Below are positions 13,168-26,760 of a stretch of 64,000 bases of DNA, piece after piece. The notes below the pieces were generated by a model. The model did not search any database. It was not told where the DNA came from and saw only the letters and a program-made list of their open reading frames with translations. The stretch spans positions 38,194,001-38,258,000 of the forward strand of contig NC_086108.1 in assembly GCF_963921235.1 (NCBI RefSeq), written 5' to 3'. The DNA comes from Mobula hypostoma (lineage: Eukaryota). The position numbers and the translations under genes are program-made. Numbering within the stretch: position 1 is the first letter of the stretch; every line of letters begins with the position of its first letter.

Positions 13168-16100
13168 TGTAGCGGTGTGCTACACACAGCGCTAGAATAA
13201 CGACACGTAGTCGGTGAGTTGGAGTTGCGATAAAAGAGATTTATTCAAACATCACGGCCTCCTTTAAAGCCTTCCCGTTCCCGCCCTCCCCGAGCGGGAC
13301 TGCCGTGGGGAATGCATATTCGCAGACCCCTTCCCCTGCTGGTGAAGATGGCCTGGCGCCCTTTTTGGGGCCGGCCTCTCTGCCAGCGCGGGCCAGTTCG
13401 TGGGCGCTAGAAAGTGGGTTGCCACATAACTCCCCCCCAGAACCGGCAATACACCCCCCAATGTCCACAGTCTGGATCGGCCTCTGTTTGGGAGGTCTGC
13501 CCCTGCGCCGCGGTGCCTGAGCCTGGACCGGTTGTGCCAAGTCCACATGGGCCGGTTTGAGTCGGTCCACCGTGAAAACCTCCTCTCTCCCCCCAATGTC
13601 CAGCACGAACGTGGACCCGTTGTTCCTGATCACCTTAAATGGCCCCTACAAGGGCCGCTGTAGCGGTGCCCGGTGTCCGCCCCGTCGTACAAAAAGAAAC
13701 TTACAGTTCTGCATGTCTTTGGGTACGTAGGTCAGGCTCTGTCCATGCTGTGAAGTGGGTATGGGGGCCAGGTTACCGAGCCTCTCATGTAGTCTGTCCA
13801 GGACTGCTGCGGGTTCTTCCTTTTGCCCCCTTGGGGCTGGTATGAACTCTCCTGGGACTACCAGGGGTGCGCCATACACCAACTTGGCCGACAAGGTGTG
13901 CAGATCCTCCTTGGGTGCCGAGCGGATTCCGAGCAGGACCCAGGGAAGTTTGTCCACCCAGTTAGGCCCTTCCAGGCGGGCCATGAGAGCCAACTTCAGG
14001 TGACGGTGGAAACGCTCCACTAGTCCGTTCGACTGTGGGTGGTAGGCAGTTGTGTGGTGTAGCTGTAATCCTAAAAGGCTGGCCATAGCTGACCACAGGC
14101 TGGAGGTGAACTGGGTGCCCCTGTCGGAGGCAATGTGGGCTGGTACCTGGAAGCGTGCTACCCAGGTTGCGATCAGTGCTCGGGCGCAGGATTCGGAGGT
14201 GGTGTCGGTGAGCCGGACCGCCACTGACCATCTGGTGAACCGGTCTATCATAATTAGGAGGTTCCTCGCGACACTGGCAGGGGCCCTACGATATCCACAT
14301 GGATGTGGTCGAACCTCCGGCGGGTGGGTTCGAACTGCTGCGGTGGAGCCTTGGTGTGCCGCTGCACCTTGGCCGTTTGTCACTGCATGCACGTTTTGGC
14401 CCATTCACTGACCTGTTTACGAAGTCCATGCTACACAAACCTGTTGGAGACCAGCTGCATGGTTGTCCTGATGGAGGGGTGCGCTAAGTTGTGAATGGAC
14501 TGGAAAACTCGCCGCCACCAGGTTGCTGGGACGACGGGGCGGGGTTAGCCGGTAGCTACGTCACATAGTAGGGTCCTCTCACCTGGGTCTACAGGGAGGT
14601 CTTGGAGCTGCAAACCGCAGACCGCAGTTCTGTAACTAGGGATCTCCGTGTCTGCCTGCTGTGCCTCTGCCAGTGCTGCATAGTCCACCCCCTGGGACAG
14701 GGCCTGTACGGTCGGTCTGGATAGTGCGTCCGCCACGACGTTGTCCTTTCCAGAGACATGCCAGATGTCCGTCGTGTACTCGGAGATGTAGGACAGATGT
14801 CACTGCTGCTGGGACGACCAGGGGTCGGACACCTTAGTGAACGCAAAGGTAAGTGGTTTGTGGTCTGTGAATGCGGTGAAGGGCCTACCTTCTAAGTATC
14901 TGAAATGCTGGATTGCCAGGTATAGTGCCAATAGCTCCCGGTCGAAAGCACTGTATTTGAGTTCAGGTGGTTGTAGGTGTTTGCTGAAGAATGCCAGGGG
15001 TTGCCAGTGACCCTCGATGAGCTGCTCCAGCACTCCACCGACCGCTGTGTTGGATGTGTCCACCGTGAGGGCAGTAGGATGTCCATTCTGGGGTGCATTA
15101 GCATCGTGGCATTTGCCAAGGCTTCTGTGGTTTTAACGAAAGCAGCTGCGGCCACTTCGTCCAGGTAATGTCCTTGCCCTTACTCGACATCAGGGTGAAC
15201 AGGGGGCGCATGATTCGGGCTGCTGAAGGGAGGAAATGGTGGTAGAAATTCACCATACCCACGAATTCCTGCAGGCCTTTGATTGTGTTGGGTCGGGGGA
15301 AGTGGCGGACCGTGTCTACCTTGGCGGGCAGCAGGGTTGCCCCGTCTTTAGTAATCCTGTGGCCCAAGAAGTCAATGGTGTCGAGTCCAAAATGGCATTT
15401 AGCCGGGTTGATTGTAAGGCTGAATTCGCTCAGGCGGGAGTAGAGTTGACGGAGGTGGGACAGATGCTCCTGACGACTACTGCTGGCTATGAGGATGTCA
15501 TCCAAATAGATGAATGCAAAGTCCAGGTCGCGTCCCACCGCGTCCATTAGCCGCTGGAACGTCTGTGCGGCATTCTTTAGGCCGAACGGGGTGATGAGTG
15601 CTGTTTTGGGGATGTCATCCAGATGTACCGGGACTTGATGGTATCCCCAGACGAGGTCTACCTTGGAAAAGATCCTTGCGCCGTGTAGGTTTGCTGCGAA
15701 GTCTTGAATGTGCAGCACAGGGTAGCAGTCTGGCGTTGTAGCCTCTTTCAGTCTGTGGTAGTCACCGCAAGGTCTCCAGCCCCCCATTGCCTTCGGCACC
15801 ATGTGCAGGGGGGAGGCCCATGGGCTGTCGGACTGTCGTATGATCCCTAATTCCTCCATCTTCTTGAACTCCCTCTTCGCCAGTCGGAGCTTGTCCGGGG
15901 GAAGCCTTCGAGCACGGGCGTGGAGGGGTGGTCCCTGGGTCGGGATGTGGTGCTGTACTCTGTGTTTGGGCATGGCTGCCATGAACCGCGGTGTCAGAAC
16001 TGATGGGAAATCCGCCAGGGCCCTGGTGAATTCATCGTCAGACAGTGTGATGGAGTCCAGGTGTGGGGCTGGCAACTTGGCTTCACCCAGGGAGAATGTT

Positions 16101-17442
16101 TAAAAAGTCTTGGTGTGGACTAGTCGCTTCCCTTGCAGGTCGACCAGCAGGCTGTGGGCTCGTAGAAAATCTGCCCCCAGCAGTGGTTGGGCCACGGCGG
16201 CCAGTGTGAAGTCCCATGTGAACCGGCTGGAGCTGAACTGTAGCCGCACCGTGCAGGTGCCGTAGGTTCGTATTGTGCTGCCATTTGCAGCCCTCAGGGT
16301 GGGTCCCGGTTCTCTGTTGCGGGAGTCGTAACTCGTTGGAGGTAAGACGCTGATCTCCGCTCCGGTGTCGACCAAAAAGCGGCGTCCCAACTGCTTGTTC
16401 CAGACATACAGGAGGCTGTCCTGATGGCCAGCTGCCGTAGCCATCAGCGGCGGTTGGGCCTTGGCGTTTTCGGGGAATTTGCCTCTGTGCCCCACCGCTG
16501 GCGGTAGAAGCACCATTGTTCGTTGGGCTCCTCACTCCAGTCACCGAGTATTGTAGGCTGTGCTGCCGGGCCTGGTCTGGTCTGCCGTTGGGCACGCGGC
16601 TTGGTGATCTGTCCGACGGACGCCCCTCTCTCCTTCTTGGCATTCCACAGCACATCTTCCCAGGCCGCCACCTTCCGGGGGTCACTGAAATCTGCGTCGG
16701 ACAGCAACAGGTGTATGTCCTCGTCCAGTTGCTCTAGGAACGCCTGCTCAAACATGAGGCAGGGTTTGTGTCCTTCAGCTAGCGCCGGCGTTTCGTTCAT
16801 TAATGCTGACGGCGGCCTGTCTCCCAAACGATCCAGGTGCAGTAAGCGGGCAGCTCACTCGTGCCATGAGAGTCCAAAAGTCCTTATGAGCAGGGCTTTG
16901 AATGCTGTGTATTTGCCGTCCTCCAGGGGTGACTGTATAAACTCCTCAACTTGTGCAGCTGCCTCCTAGTCGAGGGAGCTCACCACATAGTAGTAACGAG
17001 TGGAATCCGAGGTAATCTGCCAAATGTGGAATTATGCTTCTGCTTGTTCAAACCATAAGCAGGTTCATAGCATCCAGAAGCTTGGCAGTTTTAACGAAAC
17101 TGCGTGAACAGATGCGGCGTCGGTTACCTCTGGTCCAAATATCGTTTGGGCCGTCGGGGCACCAATTGTAGCGGTGTGCTACACCCAGCGCTAGAATAAT
17201 GACACGCAGTCGGTGAGTTGGAATTGTGATAAAAGAGATTTATTCAAACATCGCGGCCTCCTTTAAAGCCTTCCCATTCCCGCCCTCCCCGGGCGGGACT
17301 GCCATGGGGAATGCATATTCGCAGACCCTTCCTGCACGCGGGATTTTCCCCCTGCTAGTGAAGATGGCCTGGCCCCCTTTTTGGGGCCGGCCTCTCTGCC
17401 GGTGCACGCTGGTTCATGTGTGTTAGAAAGTGGGTCGCCACA
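13168..17442 (-). mobile_element. Full-length but frameshifted Ty3/Gypsy LTR retrotransposon
   Basis: TG..CA LTRs 13168-13426 and 17167-17442; TSD ATAT; PPT GGGGGGGAGTTA; PBS TGGTGCCCCGACG (tRNA-Trp-like, 1-nt deletion); domain order gag, PR, RT, RH, IN. Confidence 0.97.
13430..17110 (-). pseudogene. Gypsy gag-pol pseudogene
   Basis: Protease FLVDTGAEIS (16100-16516); RT FAFIYLDDILIAS (15098-16075); RNase H DTSNTAVGGVLEQ (14800-15063); integrase YHPQSNGLVERFHR (13646-14404); split by frameshifts and stops. Confidence 0.93.
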
Positions 17443-17534
17443 ATATACACATACAGTATCTGAAATACATCTTATGGAAATGTTTGTAAGATGCTGAATT
17501 TCAATAAAAAATAAATTACAAAAAAAAGCTTTTG

Positions 17535-17972
17535 TTTGCATGCGACACAGTTATGAGTGTATAGGGAGTATAGTAAGGTGGTGCTGAGAACATAGTCTTG
17601 AGAAGCATGGCTGTTGAGGGTAATCATGGAGAGGTTTCATTGCCTATCCTTCCTGATTAAGATGTGTTGGTCAGGAAGTCTAGGATGTACTTGCTAGAAG
17701 GGCTGCAGGGTCCTGAAACTAGGAGTTTGGAAATTAGTTTGTTTAGAATTATGGAACTGAAGTCAGTTGGAGTCTCAGGTAGGTAACTTTGTTATAAAGA
17801 TGTTCCAGAAATGATTGTAGAGCCAGGGAGATACACCCACTGGGACCTATTTTGGCAGTTAACAAACTACAAATTATCACGGTTGTCTGAATGCAGAATT
17901 TGATGTGTGCCATGACCAGAACCTCAAAGCATTTCAAGATGACAGAAGTCAGAGTCACTTTGCGGTAATCAT
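17535..17972 (-). mobile_element. Rex1-like LINE RT fragment
   Basis: NDYRKVTLTSVILKCFEVLVMAHI matches the start of the RT at about 30775-30850. Confidence 0.7.
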
Positions 17973-20900
17973 TAAGACCATAAGATAAAGGAGCAGAATT
18001 AGGCCCCTTGGCCCATCGAGTCTGCTCCATAATTTCATCATTGCTGATTCATTTTCCCTCTCAGCCCCAATCTCCTGCTTTCTCCCCATGTCCCTTCATG
18101 CACTGACCAATCAAGAATCTATCAACCTCTGCCTGAAATATACATAAAGTCTTGGCCTCCTCAGCTGCCTTTGAGAAAGAATTCCACAGATTCACTACTC
18201 TCTGGCTAGAGAAATTCCTCCTCATCTCCATTCTAACAGCATGCCCCTCCATTCTAAGGCTGTGTTCTCTGGTCTAAAGATTCTTCCATCATAGGAAACA
18301 TCCTCTCCAGATCCACTGTATCAAAGCCTTTAACCATTTGATAGGTTTCAATGAAGTCATCTCTCATTCTTCTGAATTCCAGTAAACAGAGAGCCAGAGC
18401 CATCAAATGCACTTCATATGACAAGTCGCTCAATCCTGCAATAATTTACATGAAACTCCTTTGAATTCTCTTCAGTTTCAGCACATCCCTTCAACGATAA
18501 GGGGACAAAAGCTGTTTACAATACGGCCTCACCGGTGCTTTATAAAGTCTCAGCATTATATCCTTGCCATAATAAGTTAGCCCTCTTAAAATGAATGCTA
18601 ACATTGCATTTACCTTCTTCACCCAGACTCAACCTGCAAATTAACAGAGGGAATCCTGCAGAAAAACTCTTAATTCCCTTTGCACCTCAATTTTGTGTAT
18701 TTTCTCTGCATTTAGAAAATAGTTAAACTTTTCATTTATTCTACCAAAGTGCATGACCATAGACTTCCCCACACTGTATTCCATCCACCACTTATCTGTT
18801 TAAATTCTTCTGTAGCCACTCTTCTTCCTCAAAACTACCTGCCCCTCCACTTATCTTCATACTGTCTTTAAGCTTTGTAACAAAACATCACTTCTGTCAT
18901 CCAAGTTATTGATATATAACATAAAAAGAAAAGGTCCCAACACCGTTCCTTGTGGAACACCACCAGTCACCGGCAGCCAACCAGAAAAGGTTTCCTTTAT
19001 TCCCACTCTTCGCCTCCTGCCAATTGGCCACTGCTTTATCCATGCTAGAATCTTTCCTATAATACCATGGGTCTGTAGCTTGTTAAGCAGCCTCAATTGT
19101 AGCACCTTGTCAAAGGCCTTTTTGAAAATCCAAGTACGCAACATCAACCAATTCTACTTCGTCTATTCTGGTTTTTATTTCTTCAAAGAATTCAAACAGA
19201 TTTGTCAGATAAGAATTTCCAGTGAGGAAACCATTTAATCATGTGCCTCCAAGTACCCTGAAACCACATCTTTAACAGTCAACTCCAACATCCTCCCAAC
19301 CACTGAGGACAGACTAACTGGCCTATAATTTTCTTTCTTCTGCCTCTCTTCCCACTTGAAGAGTGGAGTGACATTTGCAATTTTCCAGTCTTCTGGAACC
19401 ATTCCAGAATCTAGTGATTCTTAAAAGATCATTACTATTACCTCCACAATCTCTTCAGCCACCTCTTTCAGAACCCTGAGATGTGCCCTATCTGGTCCAG
19501 GTGAATTACCTACCTTCAGACCTTCAGTTTCCCAAGAACCTTCTCCCTAGTAATGGTAATTTCACACACTTCATGACACCTGATACCTGTACCTCCCACC
19601 ATACTGCTAGTGTCTTTCACAATGAAGACGGATGCAAAATACTTATTCAGCTCATTCACCATTTCCTTGTCTCCCATGACTACCTTTCCAGCATCATTTT
19701 CCAGAAGTCTGTTATCCACTCTCATCTCTCTTTTACAAAGGTCATGGTACAACATTCAATCCAGAATAGCTGATCCCCTAAAGGGCTGAACTACAAGCAG
19801 CTCTAAAAAGCCAACTCAGAGGCATTCTAGAAATTGCTCCTCTTGGGATCCTGCACCAGCATGATTTTTTCCAATCTACCTGCATATTGAAATCCCCCAT
19901 GACCATTGTAACATTGCCCTTTTGGTACGCATTTTTTATCTCCCATTGTAATTTGTAAACCACACCCTTACCACTGTATACAACTCCCATCAGGGTCTTT
20001 TTACCTTTGCTGTTCTTCAGCTCTGCCCACAATGATTCAACATCTTCCAACCCTATGTCACCTCTTTCTAATGATTTGATTTCATTTTTTTTTATCAACA
20101 GAGCAATGTCACCTCCTCTGCCTTCCTGCCTGTCCTTTTGATACAATGTATATCCTTGGACATTCAGGTCCCAGCTATAATCTTCCTTCAGCCATGATTC
20201 AGTGATGCCTACAACATTGTACATGCCAATCTATAACTGTGCTACAGTACATCTACTGCACGGATTCAAATATAACAGCTTCAATCCTATATTCACACTT
20301 TTCGATTTTCTCTGTTTTTACTGCAATTTTCCCCTATCATCAGCCTCTCCTTGCTAGGAGTCTCACTTCACATTGCCTTTGTTTGTAAACCAACTATCTC
20401 ATCTTCAACACTATCACTCTGGTTCCCATCCCCCTGTCAAATTAGTTTAAACCAACGCGAACAACATTAGCCAACCTGTCTTCAAGGATATTGCACCCCC
20501 TTGGGTTTAGGTGTAACTTGTCCCTTTTGTACAGGTTGTTCCTTCCCCAGAAGAGATCCCAATAATCCATAAACCTGAAACCCAGCCCCCTGCAGCAATT
20601 CCTCAGCCACAAGTTCACCTGCCAAATTATCCTATTCTTACCCTCAATGGCACATGGCACAGGTAGCAATCCTTAGATTACTATCCTTGAGGTGCTGTTT
20701 CTCAACTTTCTACCTCACTCCCTAAAATTTATCTTCAGGTCCTCCTTGCCTTGTCTATCAATTTCATTGGAGCCAATCTGTACCAAGACTTCTGGCTGCT
20801 CACCCTTGTCCTTGAGAATGCCATGGATACGATATGAGACATCCCTGATCCTGGCACCAGGGAGGCAACATATCATCTGGGTTTCTCTATCACAGTACTT

Positions 20901-21600
20901 CGTTTCTGTTCTTCTAAGGAATCTCCTATCACTCGTCTTCACCTCTATGCTCTTCTGTGCCACAACACCAGACTCCCTAGTCACTGTGACTCCCCACTGG
21001 TAGATCATCTGCCTCAAAGTTGTATAGTTATTAGTGAGGGGAGTGACCGCAGCAGGTGTACTCTGCACAGGTTGTGCATTTCCTCTCCTTCTCCTGACAG
21101 TCACCCAGTTACCTGTCTCCTGTAATCCAGGGGTGGCTACCTCCCTGTAGCTCCTGTCTATCACCTCTCATTCTCCCATATGAGTCGAAGGTCATTGAGC
21201 TGCAGCTCCAGTTCCTTATTATGTTCTGTCAGGAGCTGCAACTCAGTGCACCTGGTGCAGATGTGTTTATTTGGGGGACTGGAGTCCCCCAGACTTTCCA
21301 TATCCCACACACAGTACAAAACACTCCCCTGGAGGCAGTCTCCTGAAACTACTGTACCCTAACAGATGCAGCATGAACAAATAAGACCAGAGTGAGAGTA
21401 ACTTATAAGATACTTTACTTCACCCAAGCCTGATGAGCCAAAGCCACTCTAAACACTAGCACTCTGAAAAGAATGGTGGTTGTGCTTGCACTTGAGTTAT
21501 TTTTATCAGCCCCTTCTAATGAATTCCTTTGATTGGTCACTCCTCAACTCAGGGAAACTGCCACGAAACTCTGCCTTTATTATCTCGATCGCCACCCTGA
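17973..21600 (-). mobile_element. Near-full-length degenerate CR1 LINE
   Basis: ORF1 ICCLPGARIRDVS...VLVQIGSNEI (20715-21164); endonuclease VVGITESWL...VMGDFN (19778-20224); RT VTGGVPQGTVLGPFLFMLYINNL (18857-19147); (TCTTATGG)n-type tail. Confidence 0.93.
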
Positions 21601-22506
21601 TTAAAAGATGTGTTACCTAAATTCACTCTGGCACCTGGATAATAATGATCTGCTTAAAGCAAGTGGTAATGTCAGGATTTAACCGTAAATCGTGATAGTG
21701 TTTCAGCTCCAAAAGCCTTTTTGATTTCAAGGTCAGCCATTTCTCCGGGCTTTCAAGTGTACTTGAGTTGCAACTTCCACAAAAATGGTAATAAGATTGG
21801 TCAGGCAGGACCTTAACCCTTCTGAAATAATGAACTGCTCAATTATACTTTTGCAAAATTATTCTCAAACTGTTCTTAGAATTGCAGTCTCTTACAAAAA
21901 TTGGAGGGAGGCTAAGCATCCTTCTGAAAATGTAATCTGTGTTAATCTACTTCTAATGTACTTAGAACATTGCCGTTAACTTCTTCAATATGTTGATAGC
22001 ATCTTTGACACACATTTTTCCTTAATTGCCCTTTTTTTCTAGTTTTTATTCAGAAATCTATTTCATTAGTCCAGAAATTGCTGGAACATGTGCAGCCAAT
22101 AGAACTTCAGAAAAAGAATGAAGTAAACGATGAAATGGAATGTAAATCAGATTAAAGACAGAAAGAGATGGAAGAAAAAATGTTGGTTCAGAAATAGCAA
22201 AATAAAGGAAAAAAGTATAACATTTAAGGGATCCCAAGAAACAACTTACTGCTTGTAAGAATGATGCACTTTCATTGCTTTTATTTTTCACCATGAAGGT
22301 TGAATGACCTATCAATGCCATAAATTGCATCATTAAAAGTGGCTTTACAAAGACAATTTGTAGCCATAGCTGTTCATCGCAAGGTTATGTCATGAAATTT
22401 TTGGATAGTGCAAATCCAGCAATTTCATGACATACAACGAAGAGGTAAATGAGAAGATGGGTGATTCCTCGTCAGCTCTCAAGGGGCTAACAGGGAAGAA
22501 CACAAG

Positions 22507-22518
22507 TTATTCAGCAAC
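22507..22518 (-). CDS. Candidate terminal coding exon (VAE-stop) of an unidentified host gene
   Basis: Acceptor ccattctctacag then GTTGCTGAATAA; minus-strand AATAAA near 22281-22286; phase fits the candidate exon 25206-25337. Confidence 0.2.
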   Translation of the reverse strand, partial: VAE

Positions 22519-25205
22519 CTGTAGAGAATGGTTACCAACTATATATCTGTACATAGGTGCAAATTGTATTTTTATGCATACATGTTAAAAAGTAGTAGTC
22601 CATGATGTTGTCATTATTTTTCCTGGCCATTTCTGATCCAATTAAAACTGATCGACCTCATTGTGTACTTATTTACCTGAAGAGGTCATGATTTCTTCTT
22701 GATTTTTTTTACAGTAAGTAGTTATGCCATTTTTAATCATTTTAAATATTTTCTTATCAGTGAAATATCTACAATATTTTCAATTTTTCATTCTATTATC
22801 ACCACCTTCAATGAGCCAGAAAAACCTATAAGTAATTCAGGAACTGGCTATCATATCCGACACAAATGTCTGTGGGAAAGTAGTGATAATGTTCTTTGAA
22901 ATGCTTCTGAGACACAGACCACTGACAGTAGGATCTCAAACCAATGTAAAAGTATAACTAATATTGTCTCTACAAAATACTCCCAAATTTGCTTCAAGAA
23001 GAAGCAAACTAATGCCAACGTCCTCCCCAAGAACACCTGAGCATTGATACCCTAGTTACACACATCTCAGCTACACTGATGTTGATCGTGAACCTGACCC
23101 TGGACTCCTGAGACAGACATTCTAACCCAAACTCTGTTGTGCAAGGAGGTTACCAGACAAACAGACAGAGAAAATTTTAGAAAGATGTGGTTTAAAGCTT
23201 CACTGAATAATTACCACCAAATTGGCCCATGACTGCCCAAGGGAGAGTTCAGATTGTTGTTGGGAATCCTGAGTCGATGCATCCCCAGCACACAGAAGCC
23301 CCGCATAATTGGAAAAATAAGGAGATCACTTCACCAATCATCTAATCATCATCTTTGTTACGGATCCAATCTGCTCCTATCTGTATCTTCTACTGCATCC
23401 ACTTTAATGCACTTATTTACTTAAAGCCGCAATAAATTGAATGTAGCTCTTTTGAAAGTTATACATCTCAGTTTTAGGTATTTCTTGTTCATTTTGAGTC
23501 ATTGCCTACCACAGGAGCTATGACTGATAAAAGAAGAAAGAAAGAGCCAAGCTAGAAGAACTCAGCAGGTTTCCTTTGACAATTTCTTCCACCCCAAAGA
23601 TGCTACCTGACCTCCAGTAGATTGGTAAAGAACTAATGACCCAGGAAAGACTCTATTTAGGTATTTCAATAGGTAAAGTGTTCTATATGACTCAGTGAGT
23701 GATAAAATCACTATGTAAAATTTCTCCAAAGCTCATAACCAAGAAGTCACTGAGGAATACAACCAATCTTAAGTTTTGTGTCTATTAGATGAGGAATATA
23801 TTGGGCATAATTAGAAGCAATACATAAACTTATATTTTGCATTTATCATTCATAAAGGTCTGACTTTACCATGTTTTGCTAAACTTCATTAATTAGATAA
23901 TACGGATAGAAGGAAATTCAGAGAGCCAAAGAAAGAAATTAATGCATTGAAAAAAAAACTTAAGATCTTTATAAAAATAACCTTTATTTTGCTTCTGTTT
24001 CTGGAAGGGAAAACAAAAGAAAACTGTGATGATTCAATAGGGAATTTATTCAGGACTCAAGACAAAAAACAAACAATTCAATCAACTAGCAGATTAGCCA
24101 GTTGTTCTGTTCTTTATAGCCTGTGGGAAATGGCTAGTGTGCAATATCTGTTTGAGATAGACACAAGGTGCGGCTCAATTTTCATTAAGGTTTGTATTGC
24201 AGTGCTTTGAGATTAATATATGACAATGTGCTACATAAATGCAAACATCATTAATGTGAACTGTCATGTTATCTACTTGCTGTTTGATCTCAATCATGAT
24301 TATAGTAATTCATTAACTCATGGATATCAATATATTTATAAAGAATTCCTGAAATAACATGGACAAAACACTCTGGGAAATGAATTAGCTGATTGTCCTA
24401 CAGGTAAAGCAATGAGCAGTAAATGTAGTGTGAAAAAAATGGGTAATGTCAGTTTGTTACAATTTAGTGAAATGCTAACAGTAGGCATACTGCTCCCAAC
24501 ACTGTTCAGAATAATTTCATTCACAAAATCACAAGAAATAATTTTATCCATTGAAATAACTAAATAAACAGTTTCTCATACAGATTTTGTATTGATTTGG
24601 TCCATTGAAGTAGTATGCAGTCCGCCCGACATCTTTTATTTAGCTTATGCAAAATAAAATGCAGTTTTTAGCACAGTTTCAGTAAAGTCTGGCAATTTAT
24701 CTCAGATTACTACGATATGAATTCTTTAAAACTCTCTGGATTTGGGAGTCTCATCATTCCATAGGAATGTTCAAGAACCTGAAAGCTGTGGAAAAGCTTT
24801 GCAATGGAGAGGAATGTATGGTACAATGGTAGTGAATAAATATGCCCATAGAAATCTGATGCAAGTCGTTAAAAGCCTCAGCAACTATTTGTTTGCTTTG
24901 GGGAAGGCTAAGAGGGCCTGAAACAATATGAGCAAAACAGGGCAACTCAGCAGGTTTCCCTAAACATCTACAATTTATTTCACCCTGAAGATGCTGTCTG
25001 ACTTGCAACATTCTTCCAGCAGATTCTTTCTCCCAGCAGATTCCAGTATCTCCTGTCTTTAGTATTTCCACCAAGGCTCATGTCATTTGCAAACTTATAA
25101 TCACACCTCTTACTTTTATATACAAATCATTAACATAGTTAACAAACAGTGGTCCTCAGTACAACATAGGCACAGACTTCCAATTACAGGAACAATCTTT
25201 ATTAC

Positions 25206-25337
25206 CACCTTCTCTCCCCTATTACAACATGAGACTGGTGCATGAAATTCCCAAATTTGATCTTTCAGAGCTTCACCAGCATCAGGAAGATCCACATTTT
25301 CCCGGACAGACAACACCATGTGCACATTCTGTGGAGC
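25206..25337 (-). CDS. Candidate 132-nt internal exon of an unidentified host gene
   Basis: Polypyrimidine acceptor catcttcctttgttgtatgttctcag; open frame APQNVHMVLSVRENVDLPDAGEALKDQIWEFHAPVSCCNRGEKV; donor GTG/gtaata; lies in non-repetitive DNA; protein not recognised. Confidence 0.3.
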
Positions 25338-26432
25338 CTGAGAACATACAACAAAGGAAGATGTACAACTACTTCAGTCATACTTAAATAAAGCCTATAT
25401 GGTTTAGTTCTGCTAGGAACAAAAAATACCATCTGTTTTACATTTAATCTTCACCTAGACCAACCTTCAATGCAACCTTACGGCTTACAACTTAAAAATC
25501 CTAACATATATTTAAGGCAAGGAACATAATCAAAGATTATACTTTGAATTTATCAATCATACCATAGCATCAATTTACTAATGAAGAAAATTCTCCATCT
25601 CTGACACCTTTCTCCCCATTCTCAATCTCACTGTCTCCATCTCTGGAGACGTAATATATCTACTAACATATATTATAAACCAACTGACTCTCACAGCTAT
25701 CTTGACTATACCTCTTCCTATTCTGTCACTTGTTCACTTGGAAGTAAGCAATTCCTTTGTCTCAGATCCTCCGTCTCCAGTGCATCTGCTCTCAGGATGC
25801 GACTTTACATCTAGAATATCAGAGGAGTCCTTTTTCAAAGAATGGGATTTTCCATTCATCACCATTGATGTTTCACTCACCCATATCTCCTCCATTTCAC
25901 ACAGATCTGCCCTCACTATATCCTCCCACAGTCATTACACAGATAGAGTTTCCCTTGTCCCTACCTACCATACCATAAGCCTCAATATCTGGCAGATCAT
26001 TCTCTCTAAGTTAAAACATCTACAATGGGATCATACCACTAAGCATATCTTCCCCTTCTTCATTCCACTCTCTGCTTCCTATAAGGATTGCACTTTAAGT
26101 GATTCTCTTGTCTACTCAATACTCCCCACTGATATCCCTCCTGGCTGTTATACCTGCAAGTGGGTCAAGTGCTACATTTGCCACTACAGCTCCTTGCTCA
26201 CCACCATTCAGGGTCCCAAACAATACTGTTACAAGAATCACCCCTTGTAATAATGATCAGGGAGGCACAGAGAGAATCTGTAATTACCGACAAGTACCTT
26301 TATTGTCTCAATGAAAGAAGAGGTGACGTTACACAAACAACAGGAATTCTGTGGATGCTGGAAATTCAAGCAACACACATCAAAGTTGCTGGTGAACGCA
26401 GCAGACAAGGCAGCATCTCTAGGAAGAGGTGC

Positions 26433-26468
26433 AGTCGACGTTTCAGGCCAAGACCCTTCGTCAGGACT
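26433..26468 (-). ncRNA. Minimal type I hammerhead ribozyme
   Basis: Minus strand reads AGTC-CTGACGA-AGGgtcttggCCT-GAAA-CGTC-GACT; all core nucleotides present. Confidence 0.8.
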
Positions 26469-26760
26469 AACTGAAGGAAGTGAGTAAGGGATTTAAAAGT
26501 TGGAGGGGGAGGGGGAGATCCAAAATGATAGGAGAAGACAGGAGGGGGAGGGATGGAGCCAAGAGCTGGACAGGTGATAGGCAAAAGGGATACGAGAGGA
26601 TCATGGGACAGGAGGTCCAGGAAGAAAAACAAGGGGGGGGGTGACCCAGAGGATGGGCAAGGGGTATATTCAGAGGGACAGAGGGAGAAAAAGGAGAGTG
26701 AGAGAAAGAATGTGTGTATAAAAATAAGTAACAGATGGGGTACGAGGGGGAGATGGGGCA

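Larger units (their letters stand above)
12620..17527 (+). mobile_element. L1/Tx1-like LINE 3' end, interrupted by a SINE and a Gypsy element
   Basis: C-terminal-like peptide DIYKMEKITASVNHKLEQFDSYWEK; T-rich UTR 13070-13167 resumes at 17443 and ends aataaaaaataaattac(A)8. Confidence 0.6.

Noticed and set aside
22400..22420. Iron-responsive element or SECIS
   Set aside because: The loop is (T)AGTGCAA rather than CAGUGH, there is no bulged C, and no SECIS quartet geometry
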